A stretch of DNA of 64,000 nt from NCBI GenBank assembly GCA_907165135.1, contig OU015569.1, positions 1,426,001 through 1,490,000 of the forward strand. Direction: 5' to 3'. Position 1 is the stretch's first letter. Every line of letters starts with the position of its first letter. Source of the stretch: Oikopleura dioica (taxonomy: Eukaryota > Animalia > Chordata). A program made the position numbers and the translations under genes. Shown piece by piece: positions 62,739-64,000 of this stretch. The notes beneath the pieces are model-generated. The model was not told where the DNA came from. It was given only the letters and a program-made list of their open reading frames with translations, and made no database searches.

Positions 62739-63630
62739 ATGTCTGGCTTGATCGGACTTGGCGGATATGGATCGGACTCAGATTCGGACTCTGCTTCCGG
62801 AAGTCCTGGCTCAAGAACGAGAGCATCGTCGTCTGGAGAGATGGAAGTCGATGGAAAGGACGTGATTACAGTTGGCGACGGGGATGCCAGTATGGATGAA
62901 GAGGAGATTGTCAATGCCGATGCAGCGGCCGAATTTTCTTCGGAATTGAGAAGGATGAGCAGGTATTTAAATAAAATTTTAAGGCCCAATAGACACCGTC
63001 TCTTAGTGCTGGGCTTCCTATAAGCATCCAACTTCCTCCACCTCCAACTGGCAAAATTGACCAGAACTCGAAAGTCCAGTACTTCAAAATGTTAGACGGC
63101 TACAAGAAAGGAATGAACATCAACAAGCAAATCAAGAGTGCGAAATCCTACAGGAACCCTTCAATCTATTCCAAGCTCATCGACTACTTCAACATCAAAG
63201 AAGGCGGCTCCAACTTTCCAAAAGATGTCTTTGACCCGACAAAGCTTAAAAATGATACGAAGTTTCATTACAAGGTTTGAAATTTGATAAAATAATAATC
63301 TCGATATTTCAACTTCCAGGAATTGTCGAAACTTCAAAATCAGCTTGAGGAAAAACGCCAAAAAGAAGAGAAGCAAAGAATCCTTTTGGCGAGAGAGAAA
63401 GAAGCAGGTCCCGCGGTTGTCAGCTCAAGATCGAAAAATCACAATGGAAAGTCCATCCCCGCCGTCGGTATTCTTGCCAAGAAGACATCAAAGGCTGGTT
63501 TTGAACATTATTTACTTAGAAAGAGATTGCTTGGGAATTTATTTTTCAATACTGAAAGGCTCGTGAAACGCTCAAGAAAGAAATAGGCGAGGTGAAATTT
63601 GGAAAGAGCAAATTTATGAGTCCTGATTAG
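62739..63630 (+). CDS. SAP30BP: SAP30-binding protein (HCNGP domain)
   Basis: LGGYGSDSD N-terminus; LPPPPTGK...KSYRNPSIYSKLIDYFNIKEGGSNFPKDVFDP. The stop is at 63586 if the 3' end is unspliced, or 63630 if a GC-AG intron at 63494-63558 is used. Confidence 0.85.
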
Positions 63631-64000
63631 GGTTATTCAAGACTGTACTTCGTAGAGTTCTGGCTTACTTGAGTCTATAATCTACTAGCCTAATGTTTGA
63701 AAAATATAATCCAACATTAGATATCGACTAGCGATTCCAAAACCTTGCGACAGGATCGAAGATAGCCCCTACTCTGCCAAGTTACGTGATTTCTCCAGCT
63801 TTTTTCTTCTCAACTGTCTAGAATTTCCTGTTCATGTAAATAATAACAGACTGCCCTTGACCGATAAGCTTACCGTGTCCTACTTTTTATCCTTCTCCGC
63901 AGATATATCGAATTCGCAAATTACTAAATATAGAATCGTGTTATTTCAGAAATCGGATTAGAAAAAGAATGGCTAGTTATATCAACCCAAAGAAGCGAAA

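Overview
Eukaryotic DNA from a very compact animal genome. Most introns are 40-55 nt, two introns are GA-AG, and same-strand genes are packed with splice acceptors almost touching their ATGs. This best fits an appendicularian tunicate of the Oikopleura type (inference). The window holds about 14 spliced genes. In order: a partial thioredoxin-fold gene; a large Cys-rich/TSP1/ZP membrane protein; a C2HC + 3xC2H2 zinc-finger transcription factor (SALL/BCL11/ZFP64-like); a possible small TM ORF; a CREB3/OASIS-type membrane bZIP; a minus-strand operon-like run (KTI12, DD3-3-like, J-domain protein, TKFC); COPA; an unknown TM + coiled-coil protein; a membrane-anchored 2OG-Fe(II) oxygenase-like protein; a TEX14-like ankyrin pseudokinase; SAR1; and SAP30BP. 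A 20.6-kb gene-free interval (5.8-26.4 kb) is filled with non-autonomous DNA transposons: hAT-like MITEs with 8-bp TSDs and a GCTGA repeat/spacer interior, an AP-1-site-bearing palindromic family that repeatedly sits inside other inverted repeats, and TTAA- and TA-flanked MITEs. Best leads: the TEX14 homologue, a possible local secretory regulon (CREB3-type factor plus CRE/UPRE motifs at COPA and SAR1), the nested MITE system, a conserved intronic non-coding element, and the oxygenase. All family assignments come from motif recognition and recall. No searches were run and exon boundaries are manual.
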